A DNA stretch of 64,000 nucleotides from Acidobacteriota bacterium (GCA_029567505.1 JAKPXO010000136.1:11545-75544); one strand, 5' to 3'; shown: positions 54,721 to 64,000, numbered from the stretch's first letter. A program made the numbers and translations. The notes: generated by a model not told the origin, from the letters alone.

Positions 54721-55875
54721 TCAGGCGTCGTCGTCCCCGGCGGCGCCGGCGACGAGGAGGTCGAAGCCGTCGGACCCCGCGAGGAGGCGGTCGACCGTAC
54801 CAGGGAGAAGGCGCGCCGCGAGGCCGCGCCGCGACGGGGGGCCGACGATCACGATCCCGACGCTCTCGTCCCTCACGAAGCGGAGGACCTCGGCGGCCAC
54901 GTCCTCGGCCTCCCTCACGACGGCCGTCGCGCCGAGGGTCATCGCGAGCTCGACGTTCTCGGTCAGGGCGCGGTGCTGCCGGGCCGAGAGGCGCTCGGGC
55001 CGTTCCCTCGCCCGGCGGACGTGGAGGGCGAACCAGCGCGTGTTCATCCTCCCGGCGACGCGCGAGCCGCGGAGGATCAGCCTCCTCCCCGTCTCGGGCT
55101 CGAGCGGAATGGCGACGGCCACGCGCGCCTGCGTCGAGGCGGCCTCGAACGCCCCGGAATCGTGGGCGTCGGCCTCGATGTGATCGGCCGTCTGGAAGAG
55201 CGTCAGCTCGCGCAGGCGGGTCAGCTTCTCCTCGGTGAAGAAGCTCGAGAGCGCCTGCTCGGCTTTCTCCGGCGCGTAGACCTTCCCGATCCGGATCCGC
55301 TCGCGGAGCTCCTCGACGGGGAGGTCGACGACGACGAGGGCGTCGGCGTCGCGGACGACCCGGTCGGGGATCCGCTCGCGCACCTCGATCCCGGTGACGG
55401 AGCCGACGACGTCCTGGACCCCCTCGAGGTGCTGGACGTTGACCGCGGCCATGACGGAGATCCCGGCCGCGAGGATCTCCTCGACGTCCTTCCAGCGCTT
55501 CTCGTTCCGGCAGCCCGGGGCGTTCGTGTGGGCGAGCTCGTCGACGATGACGACGTCGGGCTTACGCCGGAGGATCGCGTCGAGGTCCATCTCCGGAAGG
55601 ACGACCCCCTGGTAGCTCACCTGCTTGCGCGGCACGACCGGGAGGTCGCCGATCCGCGCCTCCGTCTCCGGGCGGCCGTGGGCCTCCACGTAGCCGACGA
55701 CGACGTCGGTGCCGTGCCGGAGCAGGGAGTGGGCGTCGTCGAGCATCTTGTAGGTCTTGCCGACCCCGGCCGCCATCCCGAGGTAGACCTTGAGCCGGCC
55801 CGGGCGCGCGTCGCGCGCGGCCCTCCGGAGAAAGGCCTCCGGGTCGGGGCGGCGGACGTCCGCGAGGAGCGGCAT
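54721..55875 (-). CDS. kdpD: Stand-alone cytoplasmic KdpD N-terminal part (KdpD domain + Usp domain)
   Basis: GRLKVYLGMAAGVGKTYKML, EMDLDA, VDELAHTN, KRWKDV, NVQHLE, ERIRIGKVY, then a Usp-like domain. It stops at 384 aa with no TM or kinase domain. Confidence 0.92.
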   Translation of the reverse strand: MPLLADVRRPDPEAFLRRAARDARPGRLKVYLGMAAGVGKTYKMLDDAHSLLRHGTDVVVGYVEAHGRPETEARIGDLPVVPRKQVSYQGVVLPEMDLDAILRRKPDVVIVDELAHTNAPGCRNEKRWKDVEEILAAGISVMAAVNVQHLEGVQDVVGSVTGIEVRERIPDRVVRDADALVVVDLPVEELRERIRIGKVYAPEKAEQALSSFFTEEKLTRLRELTLFQTADHIEADAHDSGAFEAASTQARVAVAIPLEPETGRRLILRGSRVAGRMNTRWFALHVRRARERPERLSARQHRALTENVELAMTLGATAVVREAEDVAAEVLRFVRDESVGIVIVGPPSRRGLAARLLPGTVDRLLAGSDGFDLLVAGAAGDDDA

Positions 55876-55882
55876 GGCTCGA

Positions 55883-56485
55883 TTATCGAGGCGGCGGCTC
55901 GCCGCCCGCCGGGGGCGGACGCCGGGAGAGGACGTCGAGGTTCAGGAGGAGGACGTTCACGCGCGGCTCGCCGTAGAGGCCGAGGAAGCGGCCCTCGGTG
56001 CGCCGGGCGACCATCGCCTCGAGCTCGATGGCGGGGATCCCCGACTCGCGCGAAACGCGCGGTACCTGCCAGAGAGCGAACTCGGGCGAGACGTGGGGGT
56101 CGAGGCCGGAGCCCGAAGCCGTGACGGCGTCGGCCGGGACGGGTCCCTTCGTGCTCGGGTTCTCGGCCCTGGCGCGGGCCACCTCCGCCGTGACTCGGTC
56201 GGCGAGCGCCTTCGAGGTGGGGCCGCGGTTCGAGCCGCACGAGGCAGCCGCGTCGTGGCCCGCCCCGGCGGCGGACGGTCGGGGCCGGAAGAGGCCCGGC
56301 GAAGTCACGGCCTGGCCGATCCGCTCGGAGCCGACGACCTTTTCGCCGTGCGTCACGAACGAGCCGCCCGCGGGACGCGGGAACGCGACGCGGCCGACGG
56401 CCCAGACGACGGCCGGGTAGGCGAAGCCGAGGAGCAAGGTGAAGACGACGAGGAGGCGGGCGGAGACGAGGACGTGGTCTTTCAC
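55883..56485 (-). CDS. kdpC: K+-transporting ATPase subunit C
   Basis: GFAYP, GSERIGQ, FRPRPSA, GSNRGPTS, DAVTASGSGLDPH, EPRVNVLLLN. Confidence 0.95.
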   Translation of the reverse strand: MKDHVLVSARLLVVFTLLLGFAYPAVVWAVGRVAFPRPAGGSFVTHGEKVVGSERIGQAVTSPGLFRPRPSAAGAGHDAAASCGSNRGPTSKALADRVTAEVARARAENPSTKGPVPADAVTASGSGLDPHVSPEFALWQVPRVSRESGIPAIELEAMVARRTEGRFLGLYGEPRVNVLLLNLDVLSRRPPPAGGEPPPR

Positions 56486-56495
56486 GGCAGTCCCC

Positions 56496-58535
56496 TCAGG
56501 CCAGCTTGAGGGCGACGAGGAGGAGGTCGATGGCCTTGATCCCGACGAAGGGGACGACGAGGCCGCCGAGGCCGTAGATCAGGAGGTTCCTCCGGAGGAT
56601 CCGACCCGCGCCGAGCGGGCGGTAGGAGACCCCCCGGAGCGCGAGCGGGATCAGGACGACGATGATCAGCGCGTTGAAGATGACGGCCGAGAGGATCGCG
56701 CTCTCGGGCGTCGCGAGCTTCATGACGTTGAGGGCCTGGAGCTGGGGATAGGTCGCGACGAAGAGGGCGGGGAGGATCGCGAAGTACTTCGCGACGTCGT
56801 TGCTGATCGAGAACGTCGTCAGAGCTCCGCGGGTCATCAGGAGCTGCTTGCCGATCTCGACGACCTCGATGAGCTTCGTCGGGTTCGAGTCGAGGTCGAC
56901 CATGTTCCCGGCTTCCTTCGCCGCCTGGGTGCCCGTGTTCATCGCCATGCCGACGTCGGCCTGCGCGAGCGCGGGAGCGTCGTTCGTCCCGTCGCCGGTC
57001 ATCGCGACGAGGTTCCCGGCCGCCTGTTCCTTCCGGATGAGGGCGAGCTTGTCCTCGGGCCTGGCCTCGGCAAGGAAGTCGTCGACCCCCGCCTCGCGGG
57101 CGATGCTCGCGGCGGTGAGCGGGTTGTCGCCCGTGATCATGACGGTCCGGATCCCCATGGCGCGGAGCCGGTCGAAGCGTTCCTTCATTCCGCCCTTGAC
57201 GACGTCCTTGAGGTAGATTGTCCCGGCGACCTGCCCGCCGTCGGCGACGACGAGGGGCGTCCCCCCGTCGCCGGCGATCCGGGAGACGTCGCGCCGGACC
57301 TCCTCGGGGAAGAGGCCGCCGAGGCCGCGGACGAACGCGTCGACGGCGTCGGCCGCCCCCTTGCGCACCTTCCGCCCCCCCTCGAAGTCGAGGCCCGACA
57401 TCCGGGTCCGCGCCGTGAACGGCACGCAGTGGGCGTGCAGGTCGCGCAGCTCGCGGCCGCGAAGGCCGTGCTTCTCCTTGGCGAGGACGACGATCGAGCG
57501 CCCCTCGGGGGTCTCGTCGGCGAGGGAGGCGACCTGGGCGAGCTCGGCGAGCTCGCGCTCGGAGACGCCCGGCGCGGGGAGGAGCTGCGTGGCCTGGCGG
57601 TTGCCGAGCGTGATCGTCCCGGTCTTGTCGAGGAGGAGGACGTTCACGTCGCCCGAGGCCTCGACGGCGCGCCCCGACATCGCGAGGACGTTGTGCGTCA
57701 GGACGCGGTCCATCCCGGCGATGCCGATCGCGGAGAGGAGCCCGCCGATCGTCGTCGGGATCAGGCAGACGAGGAGGGCGACGAGAACCGTCGGCGAGAC
57801 GTCTCCCCCGGAATAGAGGGCGAAGGGGCGGAGCGTGACCGTCGCGAAGAGGAAGACGATCGTCAGGCCGGCGAGGAGGATGTCGAGGGCGATCTCGTTC
57901 GGCGTCTTCTGCCTCTCGGCCCCTTCGACGAGCCCGATCATCCGGTCGAGGAACGTGGAGCCGGGCTCGGAGGTGATCTCGACGACGATCCGGTCGGAGA
58001 GAACCCGCGTCCCTCCCGTCACGGCGGAGCGGTCGCCGCCCGCCTCGCGGATGACGGGGCCCGACTCGCCCGTGATGGCCGACTCGTCGACCGAGGCGAT
58101 CCCCTCGACGACGGTCCCGTCGCCCGGGATCAGCTGGCCGGTCTCGACGACGACGAGGTCGCCCTTCCGGAGGCTCGAGGCCGGGACCTGCTCCTCGCGC
58201 CGCCCGGCGCCGACGAGGCGGCGGGCGACGGCGTCGGTCTTCGTCTTCCGGAGCGCGTCGGCCTGCGCCTTCCCCCGCCCTTCGGCGACCGCCTCGGCGA
58301 AGTTCGCGAAGAGGACGGTGGCCCAGAGCCAGAGGACGACCTGGAGCTGGAACGAGAGCGATCCGCGCGTGCCGAGGCCGACGAGCGGGAGCGTCGCGAG
58401 GACGGCGCCCGCCTCGACGACGAACATCACCGGGTTCCTCGCCATGTGGCGGGGGTGGAGCTTGCGGAAGGCGTCCCGGGCGGCGCGACCCAGGAGGGTC
58501 GGGTCGAGGAGCCGGGACTCGGCGTGTTTCGTCAC
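56496..58535 (-). CDS. kdpB: K+-transporting ATPase subunit B
   Basis: GTG at 58535. [45 protein letters not shown]. Confidence 0.97.
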   Translation of the reverse strand: MTKHAESRLLDPTLLGRAARDAFRKLHPRHMARNPVMFVVEAGAVLATLPLVGLGTRGSLSFQLQVVLWLWATVLFANFAEAVAEGRGKAQADALRKTKTDAVARRLVGAGRREEQVPASSLRKGDLVVVETGQLIPGDGTVVEGIASVDESAITGESGPVIREAGGDRSAVTGGTRVLSDRIVVEITSEPGSTFLDRMIGLVEGAERQKTPNEIALDILLAGLTIVFLFATVTLRPFALYSGGDVSPTVLVALLVCLIPTTIGGLLSAIGIAGMDRVLTHNVLAMSGRAVEASGDVNVLLLDKTGTITLGNRQATQLLPAPGVSERELAELAQVASLADETPEGRSIVVLAKEKHGLRGRELRDLHAHCVPFTARTRMSGLDFEGGRKVRKGAADAVDAFVRGLGGLFPEEVRRDVSRIAGDGGTPLVVADGGQVAGTIYLKDVVKGGMKERFDRLRAMGIRTVMITGDNPLTAASIAREAGVDDFLAEARPEDKLALIRKEQAAGNLVAMTGDGTNDAPALAQADVGMAMNTGTQAAKEAGNMVDLDSNPTKLIEVVEIGKQLLMTRGALTTFSISNDVAKYFAILPALFVATYPQLQALNVMKLATPESAILSAVIFNALIIVVLIPLALRGVSYRPLGAGRILRRNLLIYGLGGLVVPFVGIKAIDLLLVALKLA

Positions 58536-58543
58536 GGAAGGCC

Positions 58544-60253
58544 TCAGAAGGTCCGGCCCGCGGCCATCAGCAGCTGCTCGACGACCGGGCCGAGGGAGAG
58601 GACGGGAAAGAAGGTGAGCGCCCCGACGACGACGAGGACCCCGGCGAGGAGCAAGGTGAACAGGGGGCCGTCGACCGGGAACGTCCCGGCCGACTCGGCG
58701 AGCTTCTTCTTGGCGGCGAGCGACCCGGCCATGCCGAGGATCGGCACGATCATCAGGAACCGGCCGAAGAACATCGAGAGGCCCAGCAGCAGGTTGTAGA
58801 AGTCCGTGTTCGCGTTCAGGCCGGCGAAGGCGCTCCCGTTGTTCCCGGCCGCGCTCGTGAACGCGTAGAGCGCCTGCGAGAGGCCGTGCGGCCCGCCGTT
58901 CGTGAGCCCCCAGAGGCCGGCCTTCGTCGCGACGGCCGCGGCGGTCCCGACGAGGATGCAGAAGGTCAGGACGAGGACCGAGAGCATCGCGAGCTTTACC
59001 TCGCCGCCCTCGATCTTCTTGCCGAGGTACTCGGGCGTCCGGCCGACCATCAGGCCCGCGATGAAGACCGAGAGGACGACGAAGACGAAGGCCCCGTAGA
59101 GCCCCGCGCCGACGCCGCCGAAGATCACCTCGCCGAGCTGGACGTTCACGAGCGGGACGAGGCCGCCGAGCGGCGTGAAGGAGTCGTGCATCCCGTTCAC
59201 GGCGCCGCAGGAGGCGGCGGTCGTGACCGTCGCGAAGAGGGCGGTGTCGCCCGGCCCGAAGCGGACCTCCTTCCCCTCCATGTTGCCGGCGCTCGGGTCG
59301 ACGCCCGCCGCGTGGTGGATCGGGTCGCCTCGGGTCTCGGCCCACGCCGCGACGCCCGCCCCGACGAGGAAGAGGAGCCCCATGGCCCAAAAGACGGCCC
59401 AGCCGTGGCGCGTCTTGCCGGTCATCGACCCGAGCGTGTACGTCAACCCCGCGGGGATCGCGAAGATGAGGACCATCTCGAGGAGGTTCGTCGCGGGCGT
59501 CGGGTTCTCGTACGGGTGGGCGGAGTTCGCGTTGAAGAAGCCGCCGCCGTTCGTCCCGAGCTCCTTGATCGCCTCCTGCGAGGCGACGGGCCCGAGCGGG
59601 ATCGTCTGAGTCGCCCCGTCGAGCGTCGACACCTTCGCCGACGGGGAGAAGGACTGCACGACCCCCTGCGACATCAGGACGACCGCCGCGAGGACGGAAA
59701 GCGGCAGGAGGACCCAGAGCGTCGAGCGGGTCAGGTCGACCCAGAAGCTGCCGATCGTCCGGGATTCGGCGCGCGCGATCCCCCGGATGACGGCCACGGC
59801 GATCGCGATCCCGGTGGCGGCCGAGAGGAAGTTGTGGACGGCGAGGGCCGACATCTGCGTCAGGTGCGACATCGTCGACTCGCCCGCGTAGGCCTGCCAG
59901 TTCGTGTTCGTCACGAACGAGATCGCCGTGTTCCAGGCGAGCGCGGGCGGGACGGCCGGGAGCCTGTCCGGATTCAGCGGGAGGAGGTGCTGGAGCCTCT
60001 CGAACGCATAGACGCCGAGGACCCCGAGGACGCTGAAGACGAGCATCGAGGAGACGTAGGCCTTCCAGTCCTGCTCCTTCTTCGGGTCGACGCCGCCGAG
60101 GCGATAGAGGGCCCTCTCCACCGGGAGGAGGACGGGGTCGAGGAACGTCCGCTCGCCGGAGAAGGCCCGGCGCATGTAGAGGCCGAGCGGCTTCGTCACC
60201 GCGAGGACGAGGAGGAAGTAGACCGCGATCTTCAGGAACGCGAGCGCTGTCAC
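58544..60253 (-). CDS. kdpA: K+-transporting ATPase subunit A
   Basis: [68 protein letters not shown]. Confidence 0.97.
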   Translation of the reverse strand: MTALAFLKIAVYFLLVLAVTKPLGLYMRRAFSGERTFLDPVLLPVERALYRLGGVDPKKEQDWKAYVSSMLVFSVLGVLGVYAFERLQHLLPLNPDRLPAVPPALAWNTAISFVTNTNWQAYAGESTMSHLTQMSALAVHNFLSAATGIAIAVAVIRGIARAESRTIGSFWVDLTRSTLWVLLPLSVLAAVVLMSQGVVQSFSPSAKVSTLDGATQTIPLGPVASQEAIKELGTNGGGFFNANSAHPYENPTPATNLLEMVLIFAIPAGLTYTLGSMTGKTRHGWAVFWAMGLLFLVGAGVAAWAETRGDPIHHAAGVDPSAGNMEGKEVRFGPGDTALFATVTTAASCGAVNGMHDSFTPLGGLVPLVNVQLGEVIFGGVGAGLYGAFVFVVLSVFIAGLMVGRTPEYLGKKIEGGEVKLAMLSVLVLTFCILVGTAAAVATKAGLWGLTNGGPHGLSQALYAFTSAAGNNGSAFAGLNANTDFYNLLLGLSMFFGRFLMIVPILGMAGSLAAKKKLAESAGTFPVDGPLFTLLLAGVLVVVGALTFFPVLSLGPVVEQLLMAAGRTF

Positions 60254-60254
60254 G

Positions 60255-60344
60255 TCAGAGCTTCTTCGGCTTCAGCAGGGCGAACAGAAGGTAGGCGAGC
60301 GCCAGGCCCGCCAGGACGAGGCCGGCGAGCGATTCAGCGCTCAT
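60255..60344 (-). CDS. kdpF: KdpF (29 aa)
   Basis: Not in the ORF track. Translated by hand: MSAESLAGLVLAGLALAYLLFALLKPKKL. It has a GGAGGAG RBS and ends immediately before the kdpA GTG. Confidence 0.88.
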   Translation of the reverse strand: MSAESLAGLVLAGLALAYLLFALLKPKKL

Positions 60345-60441
60345 CGCGCTCCTCCCCGAGGAGCGCGGCGCAGCCGCGGACGTAGAGGAGCGCGAGGGCT
60401 CCGAGGAGGAGAGTGAGGACGACGAGGGTCGGGTCGTTCAT
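60334..60441 (-). CDS. 35-aa hydrophobic micropeptide upstream of kdpF
   Basis: Translated by hand: MNDPTLVVLTLLLGALALLYVRGCAALLGEERDER. Its 3' end overlaps the kdpF start. Confidence 0.7.
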   Translation of the reverse strand: MNDPTLVVLTLLLGALALLYVRGCAALLGEERDER

Positions 60442-60475
60442 CGGCGTGGGCCTCGGCATCGCCGGGGGCGGACTG

Positions 60476-60559
60476 TCAGAGCCGGTCGCCCGGCTTGCCG
60501 CGGTAGATGTCGGCGAGGACGAGCACGATTCCGGCGACGAGGGCGATGAGGAGCGGCAT
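60476..60559 (-). CDS. 27-aa hydrophobic micropeptide, first ORF of the kdp operon
   Basis: Translated by hand: MPLLIALVAGIVLVLADIYRGKPGDRL. GGGAG RBS; an alternative in-frame GTG lies at 60577. Confidence 0.55.
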   Translation of the reverse strand: MPLLIALVAGIVLVLADIYRGKPGDRL

Positions 60560-60632
60560 CAGGTATCTCCCTTCCACGCCGGGAAAGGTGCCGCCGCCGC
60601 CCGGAGGAAGTCCGGAAGGAACGCGAAGGAAA

Positions 60633-60690
60633 CCCTAAGTCGTCGGGAGACGTCCGGCGGACCGCCGGGCGTCTAAAGAATGGCTAAAGA
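60633..60690 (-). promoter_or_regulatory. KdpE-type direct-repeat box and -10 of the kdp operon
   Basis: Minus strand: TCTTTAG-N4-TCTTTAG (60673-60690; 11-bp period, TTTA-N7-TTTA pattern), then TAGGGT at 60633-60638. Confidence 0.7.
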
Positions 60691-60767
60691 TCGTGCCTTC
60701 GGGCGCTCCGCGGAGGGCACGGAGCCTTCGGAAACCCGCCGACGGCCGGTAGAGTCACCGGCTGGCC

Positions 60768-62756
60768 ATGTCGATCCTCCAGGCCGCGCGCCGCCTCGTC
60801 ATCGGGAAGGAGCGCGACCCTCTCGATCCGAAGATCTTCCATCACGTCTCGCTGGCGGCGTTCCTGGCCTGGGTCGGCCTCGGCGCGGACGGGCTCTCCT
60901 CGTCCTGCTACGGCCCGGAGGAAGCATTCGTCACCCTCGGGGCGCATTCGCACCTCGCGGTCTTCCTCGCGATCGCCATGGTGATCACGATCGCCGTCAT
61001 CTCCGCGTCGTACTCCCAGGTCATCTCCCTCTTCCCGTCGGGGGGCGGCGGCTACCTCGTCGCGACGAGCCTCCTCGGGAGAGGAGCCGGCGTCGTCTCG
61101 GGCTCGGCGCTCGTCGTCGACTACGCGATGACGATCGCCATGCAGGTCGCGGCCTGCGTGGCGGCGCTCTGCTCGCTCGCCCCCCGGGCCGTCCCCCAGC
61201 GGGAGCAGCTCGTCCTCTCCCTCGTCCTCCTCATCGCGCTCGTCGTCCTGAACCTCAGGGGGGTTAAGGAGTCGGTCCTCGTCCTCCTCCCGATCTTCGT
61301 CCTCTTCCTCGTGACGCACGCGCTCCTCATCGCCTACGGGATCGGGAGCCACGTTTCCGCGATGCCCGAGGTCGTCGCGGCGACCGCCCGCGAGACCCGG
61401 GAGACGTGGACGTCGCTCGGCGCCGTCGGCACGCTCGCGCTCCTCCTCCGCGCGTTCTCGATGGGCGGCGGCACCTACACGGGGATCGAGGCGGTGTCGA
61501 ACGGCCTGCAGATCCTGCGCGAGCCGCGCGTGAAGACGGGCCGCCGGACGATGGTCTACATGGGGACGTCGCTCGCGCTCACCGCGGGCGGCCTCATCCT
61601 CTGCTACCTGCTCGCGGGGGTTCACCGGGTCCCCGGGCGGACGCTCAACGCGGTTCTCATCGAGAGGCTCGCGACAGAGGCTCTCGGCCCGGGCTCGCTC
61701 GCGGCCGCCTTCCTCCTGATAACGCTCGTCGCCGAGGGGGCGCTCCTCCTCGTCGGCGGGCAGGCGGGGTTCCTCGACGGCCCGCGCGTCCTCTCGAACA
61801 TGGCGATCGACTCCTGGGTGCCGCGCCGGTTCAGCCTCCTCTCGGACCGGCTCGTGACGCAGAGCGGGATCCTCGTCATGGGCGGCGCGGCGTTCGGCAT
61901 CCTCCTCTACACGGGCGGCTCGATCGACGTCATCGTCGTCATGTACTCGATCAACGTCTTCCTCACGTTCAGCCTCTCGCAGCTCGGTATGTGCGTCCAC
62001 TGGTGGCGGGTGAGGCGCGAGGACCCTCTCTGGAAGCGCCACCTCTCGATCAACGGCTTCGGCCTGACGCTCACGGCGACGCTCCTCGTGGCGACGGTGG
62101 CGATGAAGTTCCGCGCCGGGGGATGGGTGACGGTCCTGATCACCGGGTCCCTCGTCGTCGTCTGCGTCCTCGTGCGGCGTCACTACAGCTCGATCCGCCT
62201 CTACCTGAAGCGGACGGACGACGTCCTGACGACGCTGAAGCCGCCGAAGCCGAGCGACTCGGGGGAGCTCCCGAAGATCGAGCCGCCGAAGCGCGGGACT
62301 CCGACGGCCGTCTTCCTCGTCTCGGGGTTCAACGGGCTCGGGATGCACTCGTTCCTGAACGTGCAGCGCTACTTCCCGGGCTACTTCCGGCACTGCATCT
62401 TCCTGTCGGTCGGGGTCGTCGACTCGGCGAGCTTCAAGGGAGTGAAGGAGATCGAGAACCTCCGGCGCGAGACGGAGCGCGACCTCGTCCGCTACGTGGC
62501 GTTCGCGCGGGGGAACGGGCTCGCGGCCGAGCACCACCTCTCGGTCGGGACGGACCTCCTCGACGAGCTCGTCGACCTCTGCCGCAAGGTGAGGGACGAC
62601 TGGGACCGCCCGATCTTCTTCATGTCCAAGCTCGTCTTCCCGAAGGAGAACGCGCTGAACCGCCTCCTCCACAACCAGACGCCGTTCGCCCTGCAGCGAC
62701 GCCTCCAGATGGAGGGGATGCACTCCGTCATCATGCCGATCCAGACGGGGATCTGA
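60768..62756 (+). CDS. APC-superfamily transporter, KimA/YdaO-like (probable K+ importer)
   Basis: GADGLSSSCYGPEE, YSQVI..FPSGGGGY.VA, YTGIEAVSNG, about 12 TM helices, a C-terminal cytoplasmic domain (LLHNQT), and location inside the kdp locus. Confidence 0.8.
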   Translation: MSILQAARRLVIGKERDPLDPKIFHHVSLAAFLAWVGLGADGLSSSCYGPEEAFVTLGAHSHLAVFLAIAMVITIAVISASYSQVISLFPSGGGGYLVATSLLGRGAGVVSGSALVVDYAMTIAMQVAACVAALCSLAPRAVPQREQLVLSLVLLIALVVLNLRGVKESVLVLLPIFVLFLVTHALLIAYGIGSHVSAMPEVVAATARETRETWTSLGAVGTLALLLRAFSMGGGTYTGIEAVSNGLQILREPRVKTGRRTMVYMGTSLALTAGGLILCYLLAGVHRVPGRTLNAVLIERLATEALGPGSLAAAFLLITLVAEGALLLVGGQAGFLDGPRVLSNMAIDSWVPRRFSLLSDRLVTQSGILVMGGAAFGILLYTGGSIDVIVVMYSINVFLTFSLSQLGMCVHWWRVRREDPLWKRHLSINGFGLTLTATLLVATVAMKFRAGGWVTVLITGSLVVVCVLVRRHYSSIRLYLKRTDDVLTTLKPPKPSDSGELPKIEPPKRGTPTAVFLVSGFNGLGMHSFLNVQRYFPGYFRHCIFLSVGVVDSASFKGVKEIENLRRETERDLVRYVAFARGNGLAAEHHLSVGTDLLDELVDLCRKVRDDWDRPIFFMSKLVFPKENALNRLLHNQTPFALQRRLQMEGMHSVIMPIQTGI

Positions 62757-62762
62757 GGCGCG

Positions 62763-63464
62763 TCAGTCCGGGAGCGGCTCGGCGACGAAGCGGTAGCCGA
62801 CCCAGGGCTCGGTGACGACGTAGCGGGGCGCCGACGGGTCGGGCTCGAGCTTCTTCCTCATCGTCCCGACGTGGACGCGGACGACGTCGACCGTCGTCCC
62901 CGGAGCCCCCTTCCAGACACGCGCGATGATCCTCGCCGTCGTCACCGGCCTGCCGGCATTCGTCGCGAGGAGCTCGAGGATCGCGAACTCGGTCGGCGTC
63001 AGCTTCACCTCGCGCTCCCCCTGGACGACGCGCCGCCGGTCGAGGTCGATCGAGAGCCCTTCGAACTCGAGGACGGTCCGGGCGGGGGCGACGCCGCTCC
63101 TCCGGAGCTGGGCCCGGAGCCGGGCGAGGAGCTCGGGGACGGAGAACGGCTTCGTGACGAAGTCGTCGGCGCCGAGGTCGAGGGCGCGGATCTTGTCGAC
63201 GTCCGCGCCCCGGACGGAGAGGACGACGACGGGGGTGGCGCCGGTGCGGCGCACCTCGCGGATCAGCTCGAAGCCGTCGGCGACCGGCATGGCGAGGTCC
63301 GTGAGGACGAGGTCGGGCGCGCCGCTCCCGAAGAGGGCGATTCCCTGCCGGCCGTCGGCCGCCTCGAGCACGTCGTAGCCGGCGGCGCCCAGCTCGGTCG
63401 CGAGGCCCCTCCGGATCGTCGGGTCGTCCTCGACGACGAGGACGCAGGCGCTCCCGTGCGTCAC
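62763..63464 (-). CDS. kdpE: OmpR-family response regulator KdpE
   Basis: VVEDD, LTDLAMP, ALDLGADDFVTKPF, KLTPTEF, VHVGTMRKKLE.DPSAPRYVVTEPWVGYRF. Confidence 0.9.
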   Translation of the reverse strand: MTHGSACVLVVEDDPTIRRGLATELGAAGYDVLEAADGRQGIALFGSGAPDLVLTDLAMPVADGFELIREVRRTGATPVVVLSVRGADVDKIRALDLGADDFVTKPFSVPELLARLRAQLRRSGVAPARTVLEFEGLSIDLDRRRVVQGEREVKLTPTEFAILELLATNAGRPVTTARIIARVWKGAPGTTVDVVRVHVGTMRKKLEPDPSAPRYVVTEPWVGYRFVAEPLPD

Positions 63465-64000
63465 GGCGCGGGCTCCTCGGCGGTCGGCGCGGCGGGAAGG
63501 TCCACCCGCGCGATCGTCCCGCCGCCGGGCCGCGGATGCAACGAGAGGCGCCCGCCGTTCGCCGACGCGAGGCCGCGCGCGATCTCGAGGCCAAGCCCGC
63601 GCCGGCCGACGTCAGCGGGCTCCGCCTCAGCTCCCGGGAGCGTCTCCTGCGGGAGGCCGGGGCCGCGGTCGGCGATCTCGAGCCTCACGAGGAGCGGCTC
63701 GACCGGGTGCCGCGTCGCCGTCAGCTCGATCGCCGTCCCCTCGGCGGCGGCGCGGGCGGCGTTCTCGACGAGGTTGACGAGGACCTCGGCGACGAGCGAC
63801 GGGTCCGCGAGGACGTCGGGTACGTCCGAGGCGACGGAGACGTGGACCGGGTGCGCGTCGAGGACGAGCGTGAGGCTCTCGCGCGCCGCCCGGAAGAGGT
63901 CGGCGGGCGGCGTCGGCTCGGGGTGCGGGACGCTGCGCCCCGTCTCGAGCCGCGCGAGCGCGAGGAGGTTGTCGATGCGCCGCGAGAGACGGCTGCTTTC
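63461..64000 (-). CDS. Sensor histidine kinase C-terminus (probable KdpD kinase part), 5' truncated by window edge
   Basis: Frame is open to the edge: ESSRLSRRIDNLLALARL...VLVNLVENAAR...DRGPGL...GLGLEIARG. Its stop overlaps the kdpE start. Confidence 0.85.
   Translation of the reverse strand, partial: ESSRLSRRIDNLLALARLETGRSVPHPEPTPPADLFRAARESLTLVLDAHPVHVSVASDVPDVLADPSLVAEVLVNLVENAARAAAEGTAIELTATRHPVEPLLVRLEIADRGPGLPQETLPGAEAEPADVGRRGLGLEIARGLASANGGRLSLHPRPGGGTIARVDLPAAPTAEEPAP

Noticed and set aside
60325-60767. c-di-AMP (ydaO) riboswitch ahead of the kdp operon or the KimA-like gene
   Set aside because: Only a GCTGAATC fragment is present, inside the kdpF coding sequence. The other conserved elements were not seen. 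An Infernal scan would be decisive.
1-64000. tRNA, rRNA, integrase, transposase, prophage or anti-phage defence genes
   Set aside because: None recognised by eye. The patatin gene has an NTE-type cNMP domain and no neighbouring CD-NTase, so CBASS is not supported.

Overview
This is a very GC-rich bacterial window with dense, mostly intact coding sequence. The gene content is consistent with Acidobacteriota, possibly Thermoanaerobaculia, but that placement is an inference. No rRNA, tRNA, CRISPR array or transposase was found. From left to right: (1) a truncated GGDEF-EAL gene, then a tail-to-tail pair of phosphofructokinases, one eukaryote-type duplicated ATP-PFK and one PPi-PFK; (2) a surface-glycan locus (5.0-18.6 kb) with three radical-SAM enzymes, a Wzt ATPase with no Wzm beside it, GT4 and GT2 enzymes, a GNAT, and a 1360-aa PIG-L + 3xGT2 fusion; (3) a PEGA protein, holB and tmk; (4) a signalling locus (21.9-30.4 kb) joining two PP2C/SpoIIE phosphatases, a TPR protein, a GAF-type sigma54 activator with a GVATGV loop, a near-consensus sigma54 promoter, a 74-aa membrane microprotein, and an RsbW-like kinase with its STAS partner, with no sigma factor gene present; (5) pcm, a propeller histidine kinase, a XylR-type activator divergent from a pirin, and pepQ-aguA-aguB; (6) a 66-nt REP-like hairpin directly before a 1129-aa secreted protein of atypical codon usage; (7) lipid genes: a delta-9 desaturase, two plsC, a hydrolase-cfa-desaturase-Cys-hydrolase operon and a cNMP-patatin; (8) a K+ locus: kdpFABC preceded by two more micropeptide ORFs, a split KdpD, a KimA-like transporter, kdpE and a KdpE-type box. 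The best candidates for undescribed systems are the radical-SAM glycan-tailoring cluster and the sigma54-driven partner-switching circuit. All assignments come from reading motifs by eye; no database searches were run.
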